DNA of 64,000 bases, from positions 207,901 through 271,900 of the forward strand of contig CAVTHS010000006.1 of the NCBI GenBank assembly GCA_963734535.1. Direction: 5' to 3'. Every line of letters begins with the position of its first letter. Positions within the stretch are counted from its first letter, which is position 1. The DNA is from an uncultured Chloroflexia bacterium. Lineage in GTDB: Bacteria > Chloroflexota > Limnocylindria > Limnocylindrales > CSP1-4. Both the position numbers and the translations under genes were made by a program. This document shows positions 40,822-50,963 of the stretch, in pieces. Below the pieces are notes generated by a model. That model was not told where the DNA came from. It was given only the letters and a program-made list of their open reading frames with translations, and did no database searches.

Positions 40822-42454
40822 GTGGATCACGATCCGCCCACGGCCGCTCGATCTCGTGCCGCGTCTCGGTCGCCCGACGACCTCGTCGGGATCGTCGCCG
40901 ACTGTGAACGTCTGATCGACCTGGCCGGCGAGCGCCTCCGCGAAGGCGACCTCCGGTCAAGTGGTGAGGCGATCATCCGCGCCGGCGAACTCGCGCGCCG
41001 CGCACGCCGCCCGGACTTGCTTGCCGCGGCAGCCCTGGTAGTGTCGGGCGTCGACAACGATCTCCTGAATGCGGCGATCGAGGAGATGGCCCAGGAGGCG
41101 ATCGATGGCCTCGGGGATCAGCACGTCCCGCTTCAGGCGCGCCTCCACGGCCAGAAGGCCGTCACCCTATCGCACCTCGGGCGACTGGACGACGCCGCCG
41201 CGGCGAGCGAGCGTGCCCTCGATCTCGCGGAGGCGACCCATGATGCTGCGGCGTTGGCCGCGGCCATCCACGCTCGCCAGATGGTGGTCCTCGGTCTCGG
41301 CAGACCGGACGAGCTCCTTCGCCTCGGTGCTCGGATGCTGGAGCTGCAAGGAGCAGGAGACGCGACCGGCAACGCGTTGCTGGGGCATCTGTGGCGCTGC
41401 GACGGGTTCCTGCAGCGCGGGGAGACGGCGGCGGCCCGCAGGGAGATCGACGCCCTCGATGTCCTGGGAGGGCGCAGGAATGACCCGCTGGTGCGGTGGC
41501 ATGCCCTGCGCGCCCGCGCTGGGCTTGACCAGGCGGTGGGTCGCCTGGCCCAGGCGGAGCACGAGGCCCGGCTCGCGGTCGACGCTCTGCCGCTCGAAGG
41601 GCACATGATCGCCCGCGGGTCTGTTCCTGGGACAACTCGCACTGATCTCGACCGACCGCGGCATCCAGCCCGCCGAGATCGACGAGATCCGGGCATCGTC
41701 CGTCGGGGCGCCTCCTGTCGTCCGAGCGTGCATCGGCCGTCTGGAGCTCGCCATCGGCGAGCGGATCGCTGCCCTCGCGAGCCTCGAGGCGACCAAGCCA
41801 CGACTCGAGTCGATGCCTCTCGATGAGCGCTGGTTGCCGACCGTGGCGGCGACGGTTGAACTCGCGGTCGGATGCGATGATGCGGAGACTGCCGACCGGC
41901 TGCATCCGGGCCTTGCCCGGTTCGACGGCATGATGATCGCCTCCGCGATCGGTGCGATCGGTCCGGTCGCGTACTTCCTCGGGCTGATCGAGGTCATGAC
42001 CGGACGGCTCGACGAGGCGGTCGCCCATCTCGAGGGCGCCGAGGCCCTGGCCGGCGTCGGTGACATGGGACCGTCGCTGGCGAGAGCGAGGCTAGCGCTC
42101 GCCGCGACCCTGGAACGGCGAGGCGCGCCGGGCGACCGCGACCGCGCGCTGAGTCTTGCCGCTGTGGCCGCCGTCGACGCGGCACGCCTTGGCATGCAAA
42201 CGGTACTGTCACGGACCAGAGTGCTCGTCGACAGGCTGGCCCGATCCGAGACCCGACTGTCCCCCAGGGAACGCGACATCGCCGGTCACGTCGCCGCGGG
42301 TCTCTCCAACCGCGAGATCGCCGAGCGGCTCGTGCTCTCGGAGCGGACGGTCGAGACGCACGTGCAGCACATCCTTACGAAGCTCGGGTTCCGGTCGCGT
42401 ACCCAGATCGCAGCGTGGGCGGCGATCGACGGGGTTCGCGACGCCGGCCGGTAG
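40822..42454 (+). CDS. LuxR-family regulator with helical repeat region (frameshift near 41620)
   Basis: C-terminal '[44 protein letters not shown]'. Confidence 0.82.
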
Positions 42455-42496
42455 GTACCGTTTTCAGTACCGGTATCCGCGTCCGCACGGATGCGG
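42455..42496. promoter_or_regulatory. Putative LuxR-regulator binding region
   Basis: GTACCG repeated at 12-bp spacing, and the imperfect palindrome TCCGCGTCCG-CA-CGGATGCGGA, upstream of the ester cyclase gene. Confidence 0.4.
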
Positions 42497-42582
42497 AGCG
42501 AGCCAGCGCGGACATACGGTCACGTCCAGTGGAACGGCGGCTGATCGGTTCGCCGCCACACCCGGCGAAGGAGGCGTGGCAC

Positions 42583-43002
42583 GTGTCTGAAGCGGAGAAC
42601 AAAGCCCTGATTCGTCGTCTTGTCGAGGGCTGGCAGGCCGGTCACGAGCCCGCCGTCGCCCAGGAGATCCTGGCCGACGACTTCGTCGAACGAAGCGGTC
42701 TGGCCGAGCACGGTGCCAAGGAGGCGGCCATCGCGGCCTTTAGCTACATGTGGCGTGCGTTTCCCGACTTCTCGGTCCGGATCAAGGTTCAGATCGCTGA
42801 AGGAGACCTCGTCGCGACCCTGAAGACGTTCTCAGGGACCCACCAGGGCGAGTTCATGGGCATCCCACCCACCGGCAGGCAGATCGCCTTCGACGTCTTC
42901 GACATGCTTCGTGTCCGCGACGGCCAGGTGGTCGAGCACTGGAACGTCCAGGACTATGCCGGCCTGATGAAGCAGCTTGACTCGCCAGGCTCGAGCGGCT
43001 AG
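42583..43002 (+). CDS. SnoaL-like ester cyclase
   Basis: 'AFPDF', 'IAEGDLV', 'GTHQGEFMGIPPTGR', 'EHW'; GGAGG RBS. Confidence 0.9.
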   Translation: MSEAENKALIRRLVEGWQAGHEPAVAQEILADDFVERSGLAEHGAKEAAIAAFSYMWRAFPDFSVRIKVQIAEGDLVATLKTFSGTHQGEFMGIPPTGRQIAFDVFDMLRVRDGQVVEHWNVQDYAGLMKQLDSPGSSG

Positions 43003-43014
43003 CAACGGAGATCC

Positions 43015-43713
43015 TCAGCCCAGGATCTCGATCGGGGATGACGTCGAAGGTACGCCGAGCCCGATGGGGCAGGCGACGCCCGTCCCGTGGTCCGGGCAGT
43101 ATCCGTCCGGGTTCTTGTCCAGGTACTGCTGGTGGTATTCCTCGGCGAAGAAGAACGGTCCGGCGGGCGCGATCTCGGTGGTGATCCGGCCGAACCCGGC
43201 TGCTTCCAGCTGCTGCTGGTACATGTCGCGCGACGCTTCGGCGAGCGCCGCCTCGTCGGCGTCGGCGACGTAGATCGCGGACCGGTACTGGGTTCCGCGA
43301 TCGTTGCCCTGGCGCATCCCCTGCGTCGGGTCGTGCGCCTCCCAGAAGGCACGCAGGAGCGCTTCGAAGGAGACGCGCGCGGGGTCGTAGGCCACCCGGA
43401 CCACCTCGGCGTGCCCGGTCCGGCCCGAGCAGACCTCCTGGTAGGTCGGGTTCGGCGTGCTGCCGCCGGCGTATCCCACCGCGGTGGTCACGACGCCGGG
43501 AATCGACCAGAAGCCCTTCTCGGCACCCCAGAAGCAGCCCATCCCGAACGTCGCGGTCCGGGTTCCGGCGGGCCATGGTCCGTCGATCGGCGTCCCGAGC
43601 ACGGCGTGGCGACCGGGCGCGACGATCGGCTCGCGTCGGCCGGGCAGCGCGTCGGCGGGGGAGGGGAGCTGCGACTTGGCAGGATCGGTGAACAGGAAGT
43701 CGAGGATGCCCAT
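43015..43713 (-). CDS. msrA: Peptide methionine sulfoxide reductase A
   Basis: 'GCFWGAE', 'TGHAEVV', '[10 protein letters not shown]', 'AEEYHQQYL'. Confidence 0.96.
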   Translation of the reverse strand: MGILDFLFTDPAKSQLPSPADALPGRREPIVAPGRHAVLGTPIDGPWPAGTRTATFGMGCFWGAEKGFWSIPGVVTTAVGYAGGSTPNPTYQEVCSGRTGHAEVVRVAYDPARVSFEALLRAFWEAHDPTQGMRQGNDRGTQYRSAIYVADADEAALAEASRDMYQQQLEAAGFGRITTEIAPAGPFFFAEEYHQQYLDKNPDGYCPDHGTGVACPIGLGVPSTSSPIEILG

Positions 43714-43838
43714 GGGATCTCCGAGGTGCGGGACGTCGTGAGGATCGTACCCCAGGTCCGATGACGGGCAGATGACGCCGGCCTGCGCCTTGGCCAACGG
43801 CGTCATCGGCCTGCTGGGCGATCGGTCGCCCGGCACCG

Positions 43839-44966
43839 TCAGTCGCCGAGACAGGTCCCCACGTGCCGCCCGGTGAGGACCCAGCCGTGGTCCGGCGGGA
43901 CCGGCTTGCGCCGGCCGGCGACGTCCTCGATCGGGACGGGTACGGTCCCATCGGCGCGGGCGGCCACCATCACGCCGAAGTGGCCCGCCTTGACCAGGTC
44001 CGCCGCCGCGCTCCCGAGCCGGGTCGCCAGGAGCCGGTCGACGCCGGAGGGCGTGCCGCCCCGCTGGACGTAGCCGAGGATCGACACGCGTGACTCCAGG
44101 CCGGTCAGCGCCTCCAGCTCGGCGGCAAGGCGGAGCGTGTTCCCGGCATGCTGAGCGTCCAGGGCGGCCAGCTCGGCCTTCACGGCAGCGCGTTCGGTGG
44201 GAGCCCTGGTGGCCGCCAGCCGCTCCTCCACGGAGCGGAACATCGCGGCATCCTCGACGCTGCGTGCCCCCTCGGCGACGGCCACGATGCTGAAGTTCGT
44301 GCCGCTCCGGCTGCGCCGCCGGATCGCCTCGGAGATGTTCTCGACCCGATACGGGATCTCCGGGATCAGGATCACGTCCGCGCCGCCGGCCAGCCCCGCG
44401 CCGAGCGTCAGCCACCCGGCCCGGTGCCCCATCACCTCGGCCACGATGATCCGGTGGTGGCTGTGGGCCGTGCTGTGGAGCCGGTCGATCGCCTCGGTCG
44501 CGATCTCCAGCGCGGTCGCGAACCCGAAGGTCGCGTCCGTCAGGGCCACGTCGTTGTCGATCGTCTTGGGCAGCGTGACAACGTTGAGGCCCGCCCGCAC
44601 GAGGCGCAGCGCGTTCTTCTGGGTCCCGCCGCCGCCCAGGCAGACGATCGCGTCGAGGCGCGCCTTGCGGTACGTCTCGACGATGGCCGGCGTCATGTCG
44701 GTGACCTGCCCGTCGACGAGCATCTTGTGCGGCTTGTCGCGGCTCGTGCCCAGGATCGTCCCGCCGACGGTGAGGATTCCGGAGAGGGCGCCCTTGCCCA
44801 GCGCGACCCGGCGGTCCTCCGCGAGACCCCGGAACCCGTCGCGGAAGCCCACGACCTCCATCCCGTAGGTCGTCATGGCGGACTTGCCGAAGCCCCGGAT
44901 GGCCGCGTTCAGCCCCGGGCTGTCGCCGCCGGCGGTGAGAATCCCGACGCGCAGGGTCCTGGACAC
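43839..44966 (-). CDS. pfkA: 6-phosphofructokinase (GGGGT/PKT variant)
   Basis: '[10 protein letters not shown]', 'GGTILGTSR', 'LGGGGT', 'PKTIDND', 'EVMGH', 'LGYVQRGG'. Confidence 0.93.
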   Translation of the reverse strand: MSRTLRVGILTAGGDSPGLNAAIRGFGKSAMTTYGMEVVGFRDGFRGLAEDRRVALGKGALSGILTVGGTILGTSRDKPHKMLVDGQVTDMTPAIVETYRKARLDAIVCLGGGGTQKNALRLVRAGLNVVTLPKTIDNDVALTDATFGFATALEIATEAIDRLHSTAHSHHRIIVAEVMGHRAGWLTLGAGLAGGADVILIPEIPYRVENISEAIRRRSRSGTNFSIVAVAEGARSVEDAAMFRSVEERLAATRAPTERAAVKAELAALDAQHAGNTLRLAAELEALTGLESRVSILGYVQRGGTPSGVDRLLATRLGSAAADLVKAGHFGVMVAARADGTVPVPIEDVAGRRKPVPPDHGWVLTGRHVGTCLGD

Positions 44967-44975
44967 GCGCGGAGA

Positions 44976-46608
44976 TTACTCCTGCGGGAGGCGGGCGAGC
45001 CGCTCGCCGGGCATCGCGCGCGGCAGCGCCACGCGCTCGCCGTTCACGCGGCCCGCGTCGCGTGCCCAGGGCGGGCGCTCCACCGGGGCCTCTGGGCGGG
45101 CGGCACTCCCATGCCGTGGGTCGACACGAACGTCATGGCGCGAGTCGACCCGGGGGTCGTGGCGCGGATCGTGCCGGCCCAGCGACGGCCGCGCGGGCGC
45201 CGGGCGACCCGCGGCCACTGGGCGCGCGGGCATCGGGCGTCCGATCGACATCCGTGCGGGCGCCGGGGCCGGCGAGCGCCCGCCGACGACGGGTGCGCGT
45301 CCGCCCGCGACGGGCCGACCCTGCGCAGGACGCGCGGGTGCCCCTCGCCCGGCAGGCCGGCGCGGTGCCGAACCCGCCGTGGCCAGGCTCGCCCGACCGC
45401 AGGCGGATCGGCTCCGGTCGGATCGTGAGGTCCGGCGTGAAGCCGGGCACCTCCTGCGTCTCGACCCGCCGGCCGAGCATGCCCTCGATGTCGCGCAGCA
45501 GCTTCGCTTCGTCGACGCAGACCAGCGAGAGCGCGATCCCGTCGACCCCGGCGCGGCCCGTCCGGCCGATCCGGTGGACGTAGTCCTCCGGCACCATCGG
45601 GAGCTCGTAGTTGACGACGTGCGGGAGCGCCTCGATGTCGAGCCCGCGCGCCGCGATGTCCGTCGCGACCAGGATGTCGACCCGGCCGGCCTTGAAGTCG
45701 TTGAGGGCGCGAACGCGCTGCGGCTGGCTCTTGTTGCCGTGGATCGCGGCAGCCGCGATCCCATCGCGGACCAGCTGTTCCGAGAGCCGGCTGGCTCCGT
45801 GCTTGGTGCGCGTGAACACGAGGGCCTGGCGGATGGCGCCGGTCCGGATGAGCCGGCTCAGCAGCTCGCGCTTTCGCTCGCGGTCCACCGGGTGGACGAC
45901 CTGGCGGACCAGCTCGGCAGGCGTGTTGCGTCGCGCGACCTCGACGGAGGCCGGTCGGTCGAGGAAGCCGTCGGCCAGGCGCCGGATCTCGTCGGAGAAG
46001 GTGGCCGAGAAGAGGAGGTTCTGGCGCTTCGCGGGGAGCAGGGCGAGGATCCTGCGGATGTCGCGGATGAAGCCCATGTCCAGCATCCGGTCCGCCTCGT
46101 CGAGGACCAGGATCTCGACCCGCGAGAGGTCGATGGTCCGCTGGCCGACGTGGTCGAGGAGCCGCCCCGGCGTCGCGACGACGATCTCGGGACCGGCGCG
46201 CAGGGCCCGGACCTGGGGGTCGAAGCCGACGCCGCCGTAGATCGTGGTGGAGCGGAACCGATGGCGGGCGCCATAGGTACGGACGCTCTCCTCGACCTGG
46301 AGCGCGAGCTCGCGGGTCGGCACCACGACAAGGACACGGATGGGACCGCGACGATCCGTGACGGGAGCCCGCCGGTCCGTGGTGGGAGCCTGTCGGTCGC
46401 CCGCAGGGGATGCCATCCCGAGCAGCTGGATGATCGGGAGGACGAACGCGGCCGTCTTGCCGGTCCCGGTCTGGGCGCCCGCGAGCACGTCGCGCCCGGC
46501 AAGGACGAGGGGGATCGCGGCCGCCTGGACGGGCGTGGGCTCGGTGTAGCCCTGGTCCGCGACCGCGCGGAGGAGCTCGGGCGACAGCCCGAGTTGATCG
46601 AATGACAT
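44976..46608 (-). CDS. rhlE: DEAD-box RNA helicase RhlE-like, with long basic C-terminal tail (frameshift in tail)
   Basis: All motifs including 'LDEAD', 'HGNKSQ', 'ARGLD', 'HRIGRTGR'. Confidence 0.93.
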
Positions 46609-46830
46609 GGAATGACGCTCCTGGCGAGGCCCTCCCGCGCGATGGCGGGGCCCGGTCAGGGCGCTGGATGGATCGGGATCGCGGCTGGGAAACCGTGGCG
46701 CTGACCGGAGCGCCTATCGAACACGTACGCCGCGAGCATACCCGGAATCGCCGGATGGCCCCTCTCGCGCGGCCGGAGGCCTCGATCCGCGCCGCATGGC
46801 CATTGACACGACAGCCGTCGAGAATCGCCC

Positions 46831-47724
46831 TCAGGCCAGCTCGGCGCCCGACGCGCGGGCGTCGGCGGCGAACGACGCGAGGGCGTCGTCCGAGATCACG
46901 GATTCGGGTAGGAGCGTCTGGACGCGGCTGACGCCCGCTTCGCGATACGCCGCCAGCACGTCCTGGCGGGCGTGCCCCGCCGGGACGAGCTGCTCGTGCC
47001 AGATGTGCACCGAGATCGGCAGCGTCGCCGGGTCACGCCCGATCTCCTCGCACCGGGAGCGGATCACGGGCAGTGCCTCCCGCACCTCGCGAGGCTCGAG
47101 TCCATCGAGGTTCAGCTCATCGGCGAAGCGGGCGGCCAGACGCCAGGTCACGTTCGGCCCGTTGCCGCCCACCATGACCGGGACGCGCGGCTGCTGGACC
47201 GGCTTCGGCACGTTGATCGCGTCGCGAACGAGCGCGTGCGTCCCCTCGAACGTGGCGTGGTTCGTCCGCCCCGGCGCCAGCATCCGCGTGATGACTTCCA
47301 GGTCGTCGGCGAGCCGGGCCAGGCGCTCCTTCGTCTCCGGGAACCCGTAGCCGTACGCCAGCCACTCGTCGCGCTTCCACCCGGCGCCGATGCCAAGCTC
47401 CATTCGGCCGCCGCTTATGGCATCCATCGTCGAGATCATCTTCGCGGTCAGGGCGGGGTTCCGGAACGCCGTGCAGACCACGATGTGGCCCAGGCGGACG
47501 CGCGACGTGAGCGCCGCGAGTGCCGCGAGGGAGGTGAACGACTCGAACGTGATCTCGTCCGTCGGCCGCGGGACGGTGTGGAAGTGGTCGAAGAGCCAGA
47601 CCGACTCGAAGCCGAGCGCCTCCGCCTGCCGGGCGACCTCCACGGTGCGGTGCCACGCAGTGAGCGTCTCCCATCCGTCGTACTCGCCGATCCACCCCTG
47701 CGGCGCGATGATCCCGACCTTCAT
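46831..47724 (-). CDS. LLM class F420-dependent oxidoreductase
   Basis: 'GFESVWLFDHF', 'RNPALTAKM', 'LGIGAGW', 'PVMVGGNG'. Confidence 0.92.
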   Translation of the reverse strand: MKVGIIAPQGWIGEYDGWETLTAWHRTVEVARQAEALGFESVWLFDHFHTVPRPTDEITFESFTSLAALAALTSRVRLGHIVVCTAFRNPALTAKMISTMDAISGGRMELGIGAGWKRDEWLAYGYGFPETKERLARLADDLEVITRMLAPGRTNHATFEGTHALVRDAINVPKPVQQPRVPVMVGGNGPNVTWRLAARFADELNLDGLEPREVREALPVIRSRCEEIGRDPATLPISVHIWHEQLVPAGHARQDVLAAYREAGVSRVQTLLPESVISDDALASFAADARASGAELA

Positions 47725-47862
47725 GGCTCCTCCAACCCTGAGGTGAACAGTCCGGTCACAGTATCGCGGCCCCTGGATCGAGGTCGGTCGCGCGCCGACG
47801 CGATTCGCGCGAGGTCACAACGCCCTGGAGGTCCGCCTCCAAAGCCGCCGCCGCGAGTCGCT

Positions 47863-47901
47863 ATTCCTGACAGGAACTGGCATCAATGGCTGCGATGATC
47901 C
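47863..47901 (+). promoter_or_regulatory. WYL-regulator site plus extended -10 (copy 1)
   Basis: ATTCCTGACAGGAACTGGCA-8 nt-TGCGATGATCC, colinear with the copy at 49089. Confidence 0.7.
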
Positions 47902-47933
47902 GCTTCCAGAACGGTAGCCCGGGGGGACAGCGG

Positions 47934-48119
47934 ATGATCAGCCAGATAGCGCTCGCAGTGGTCCAGTGGGAGCGCGAGCGAGAGATCCAGGAAGCGATTC
48001 GTCGCAGGCGCCTGCTCGCGGGCGATGGTCCGGACCCGGACCTCGCAAGCGTGGCGATCGCCGCCCGATTGCGGCGCCGCGATCGACCCGCTCAGCCGGC
48101 CCGGCTCGCGACCCCGTAG
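47934..48119 (+). CDS. 61-aa hypothetical protein
   Basis: MISQIALAVVQWEREREIQEAIRRRRLL...; G-rich RBS; follows the conserved promoter. Confidence 0.6.
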   Translation: MISQIALAVVQWEREREIQEAIRRRRLLAGDGPDPDLASVAIAARLRRRDRPAQPARLATP

Positions 48120-49069
48120 CGCTCGGCGAGCCCGCGAGCGGCTGTGACCAGCCGCTCGCGAAGCTCATGCGGACTCATCGCCTCGACCCGGCCTCCGAGA
48201 CGCAGCAGGTCGAGATAGGCGATGTCGATCGACTCGTGGCGGAACCGCACCGTCTCGCCCCCGTCGTCGCCGGCTCGGCCGACCCTGCGAAGCGTCGCCG
48301 CCGCGGTTGGCCCGATCGTTCGCTCCAGGGCCTCGCGGCAGCCGGGCTGAACCCGTGCCACGACCTCCACGGGGGCCGTCACCTCCTCGAATCGAGCCGT
48401 CGAGGCGGCCCAGAAGGCCGCGAGGTCGAAGTCGGCGGGCCGCTCGAACACGTCGCCCAGGACCGCATCCTCGATGCGCGAGACGCGGAACGTGCGTGGC
48501 TCGCCCTTCGAACGGGCCACCAGGTACCAGGTCCCGCCCTTGAGGACCAGCCCGAGCGGCGCCAGGCGGCGGCGCTCGACATGCTCCTCGCGACGGTAGG
48601 TCACCTCGACCTCGCGGCTCTCCCAGACGGCCGAGGCGAGCAGCTCGAGGCTGGGCATCGGCTCCGCCTGCTGGAACCAGCCGGGGGCGTCGAGGTGGAA
48701 CCGCGCCTGGATCCGGGCTGCGCGGGTCCGCAGCTCGGGAGGAAGGGCCGCCATCACCTTGAGGCGAGCGGCGGCGACGACCGTGCCCAGGCCGAGCTGT
48801 GCCGCCGGACCCGGCAGCCCCGAAAGGAAGAGGGCCTCGGCCTCCTCGGAGGTCAGGCCCGTGAGGCGCGTGCGATACCCGTCCACGAGGCGGACGCCGC
48901 CCGCTGGACCGCGCTCGGCGTAGATCGGCACGCCGGCCTGGGCGAGTGCCTCGACGTCGCGGTACACGGTCCGGACGGAGACCTCGAGCTCGCTCGCCAG
49001 CTGGGCGGACGTCTGGTGGCCGCGGGCCTGGAGCAGCAGGAGCAGGTTGACGAGGCGGCTTGCGCGCAT
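48092..49069 (-). CDS. HTH-WYL-WCX transcriptional regulator (YafY/PafB-like)
   Basis: 'LEVSVRTVYRDVEAL', 'APLGLVLKGGTWYLVA', 'RTFRVSRI'. Confidence 0.95.
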   Translation of the reverse strand: MRASRLVNLLLLLQARGHQTSAQLASELEVSVRTVYRDVEALAQAGVPIYAERGPAGGVRLVDGYRTRLTGLTSEEAEALFLSGLPGPAAQLGLGTVVAAARLKVMAALPPELRTRAARIQARFHLDAPGWFQQAEPMPSLELLASAVWESREVEVTYRREEHVERRRLAPLGLVLKGGTWYLVARSKGEPRTFRVSRIEDAVLGDVFERPADFDLAAFWAASTARFEEVTAPVEVVARVQPGCREALERTIGPTAAATLRRVGRAGDDGGETVRFRHESIDIAYLDLLRLGGRVEAMSPHELRERLVTAARGLAERYGVASRAG

Positions 49070-49088
49070 CGTCGCCGAGCATACCAGC

Positions 49089-49127
49089 ATTCCTGACAGG
49101 AGCTGTCAGGTTTTCGTGCGAGGATCC
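49089..49127 (+). promoter_or_regulatory. WYL-regulator palindrome plus extended -10 (copy 2)
   Basis: Perfect CCTGACAG-GAG-CTGTCAGG (49092-49110), then TGCGAGGATCC. Confidence 0.75.
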
Positions 49128-49157
49128 CGCCGTTCCCACCGCCAGGAAGGAGCCGCC

Positions 49158-49451
49158 ATGGCGTCCGTCGTGGACCTCGTTCAGCCCGCTGCGCTCGAGC
49201 GCCTCGCGGCGGCGCCGATCCTTGCGGCCGGCCGGGAGCTGGCCTCGGCCGACCGCGTCCATCTCACGATCGTCGGGCCGCTCACCGTTGCGGCACGCGT
49301 CGAGGGGGCCGCCCGGGCATCGACCGCGCTTTCCGCGACGGGCTCGTCGCTCCACTGGTCGTGCACGTGTCCGTCCGGCCGCGGAGGCGCCTTCTGCGTT
49401 CACCTGGTCGCCACGGCGCAGGTTGCCTGGGACCTGACCTCCTCGCCCTAG
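49158..49451 (+). CDS. Small SWIM zinc-finger protein
   Basis: 'WSCTCPSGRGGAFCVHLVA' (CxC...CxH); AAGGAG RBS. Confidence 0.85.
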   Translation: MASVVDLVQPAALERLAAAPILAAGRELASADRVHLTIVGPLTVAARVEGAARASTALSATGSSLHWSCTCPSGRGGAFCVHLVATAQVAWDLTSSP

Positions 49452-50179
49452 ACGATCGGCGGGCCCGCTTCGCGATGTACCTCGAGTCGGTTTGTCACGG
49501 CAATCGGCCCCGGCCATCGGAACGGTTCGGTTCGTGCACCCGCGAAGCCGCCGCGGTCGGCCGCGGACGCCATCGGCGGGGCGCTCCGCTCGAGATGTCC
49601 CCAGCGGTCGGACAGGTCGTAGATGATCGCCCGGCCGCCCGGCCGCAACACGCGCCGGATCTCGGCGAACCCGCCGGCGGCATCCGACCAGTGGTGAACC
49701 GAGAACGAGCTGATCACGACATCGAACGAAGCGTCCGGGAAGGGGAGCGCCGTGACGTCGCCGACCTCGAACGCCAGGCGGCCGTCGAGCCCGTCCCGCC
49801 GCGCGCGGAGCCGCGCCAGGTCCACCATCGCCGCGTCGACGTCGAGGCCTGTCAGGCGCAGACGGGCAACGCGTCGGCCAAGCTCGACGGCCAGGTTGCC
49901 GGGTCCGGGGCCGATCTCCAGCACCTCGGGCGCCGCGATCGTGGCGATCGTCGCCGCGAGGTCGTCGGCCATCCGGCGATAGAGGCCGCCGAGCACGGCG
50001 CTTGCTGCCAGCTCGTACCAGCGCGCGCTCGGCGCCGAACACGTCGCCCACCCCGCGCATGCGTGGCCGCCGGACGTATCCGTCGATGCCGCCCGCGGGC
50101 GCTCGGCCCGCAGATATCGCCCGGCCGCGACCGCCGTTGCACTCAGTGCGGCCAGCATGAGAGCCCGTCGCATCCGCAC
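49448..50179 (-). CDS. Class I SAM-dependent methyltransferase
   Basis: 'LEIGPGPG', 'GDVTALPFPDASFD', 'HHW', 'VLRPGG'. Confidence 0.88.
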   Translation of the reverse strand: MRMRRALMLAALSATAVAAGRYLRAERPRAASTDTSGGHACAGWATCSAPSARWYELAASAVLGGLYRRMADDLAATIATIAAPEVLEIGPGPGNLAVELGRRVARLRLTGLDVDAAMVDLARLRARRDGLDGRLAFEVGDVTALPFPDASFDVVISSFSVHHWSDAAGGFAEIRRVLRPGGRAIIYDLSDRWGHLERSAPPMASAADRGGFAGARTEPFRWPGPIAVTNRLEVHREAGPPIV

Positions 50180-50429
50180 GAACCGAATCGTATCGGAAGC
50201 ACGCGGAACCGATCCTCGGGCGAGTCATGTCGGAGTCCAGCCCGAATGCCGGAAGGGCGCGTGTATGTGCCGGCCGGCTCCCCGTGCGGATCAACGGCCG
50301 GTCCATTCTCGGCCGGATGGCCCTGTTGCGCGGATTCTCCTCACCCTAGCGTGGCTGGCATCGCCGTGCGTTATGCGGGCCACGTCTCTGCACCGGCCTG
50401 CGGAGCGCGGCCTTTGTGTGGAGGGCTCG

Positions 50430-50963
50430 ATGACCGCCGGATCGGTCTCTGCGCTGCAACATTCCGAGGACCAGGACCTGATCGACCGGATCATCGGCGA
50501 GCGGGTTGGCCGCCCGGGCGCGCTCCTCGGCATCCTGGAGCAGCTGCAGGACCGCAACCCCCACAAGTTCCTCCCGATGGAGACGCTCGAGTACGTGGCG
50601 GCGCGCACGGGCATCCCCCAGTCGCAGGTCTACGGCGTCGCGACGTTCTTCGCGCTGTTCAACCTTGAACCGCAGGGCACGCACACCGTGGCCATCTGCC
50701 GCGGCACCGCGTGCCACACCCGCGGCTCGCGGCCGCTGCTCGAGCGCGTGAAGCTCCAGCTGGGCCTCGGGGACAGCAGCGACGGCGCCGACAAGATCTC
50801 GCTGACGACACCGGACCAGCGCTTCACGATCCGCACCGTCGCCTGTTTCGGCCAGTGCGCGCTCGCGCCGGTCGTGGAGATCGACCACGCGATCCGCGGC
50901 CACGTGAAGGAGCAGGTCCTGATCCGCGAGGTCGAGGCCCTGCGACGGGAGGGGGCGCGATGA
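50430..50963 (+). CDS. hoxE: NuoE-like [2Fe-2S] diaphorase subunit
   Basis: 'YGVATFF', 'CRGTACH', 'ACFGQCALAP'. Confidence 0.9.
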   Translation: MTAGSVSALQHSEDQDLIDRIIGERVGRPGALLGILEQLQDRNPHKFLPMETLEYVAARTGIPQSQVYGVATFFALFNLEPQGTHTVAICRGTACHTRGSRPLLERVKLQLGLGDSSDGADKISLTTPDQRFTIRTVACFGQCALAPVVEIDHAIRGHVKEQVLIREVEALRREGAR

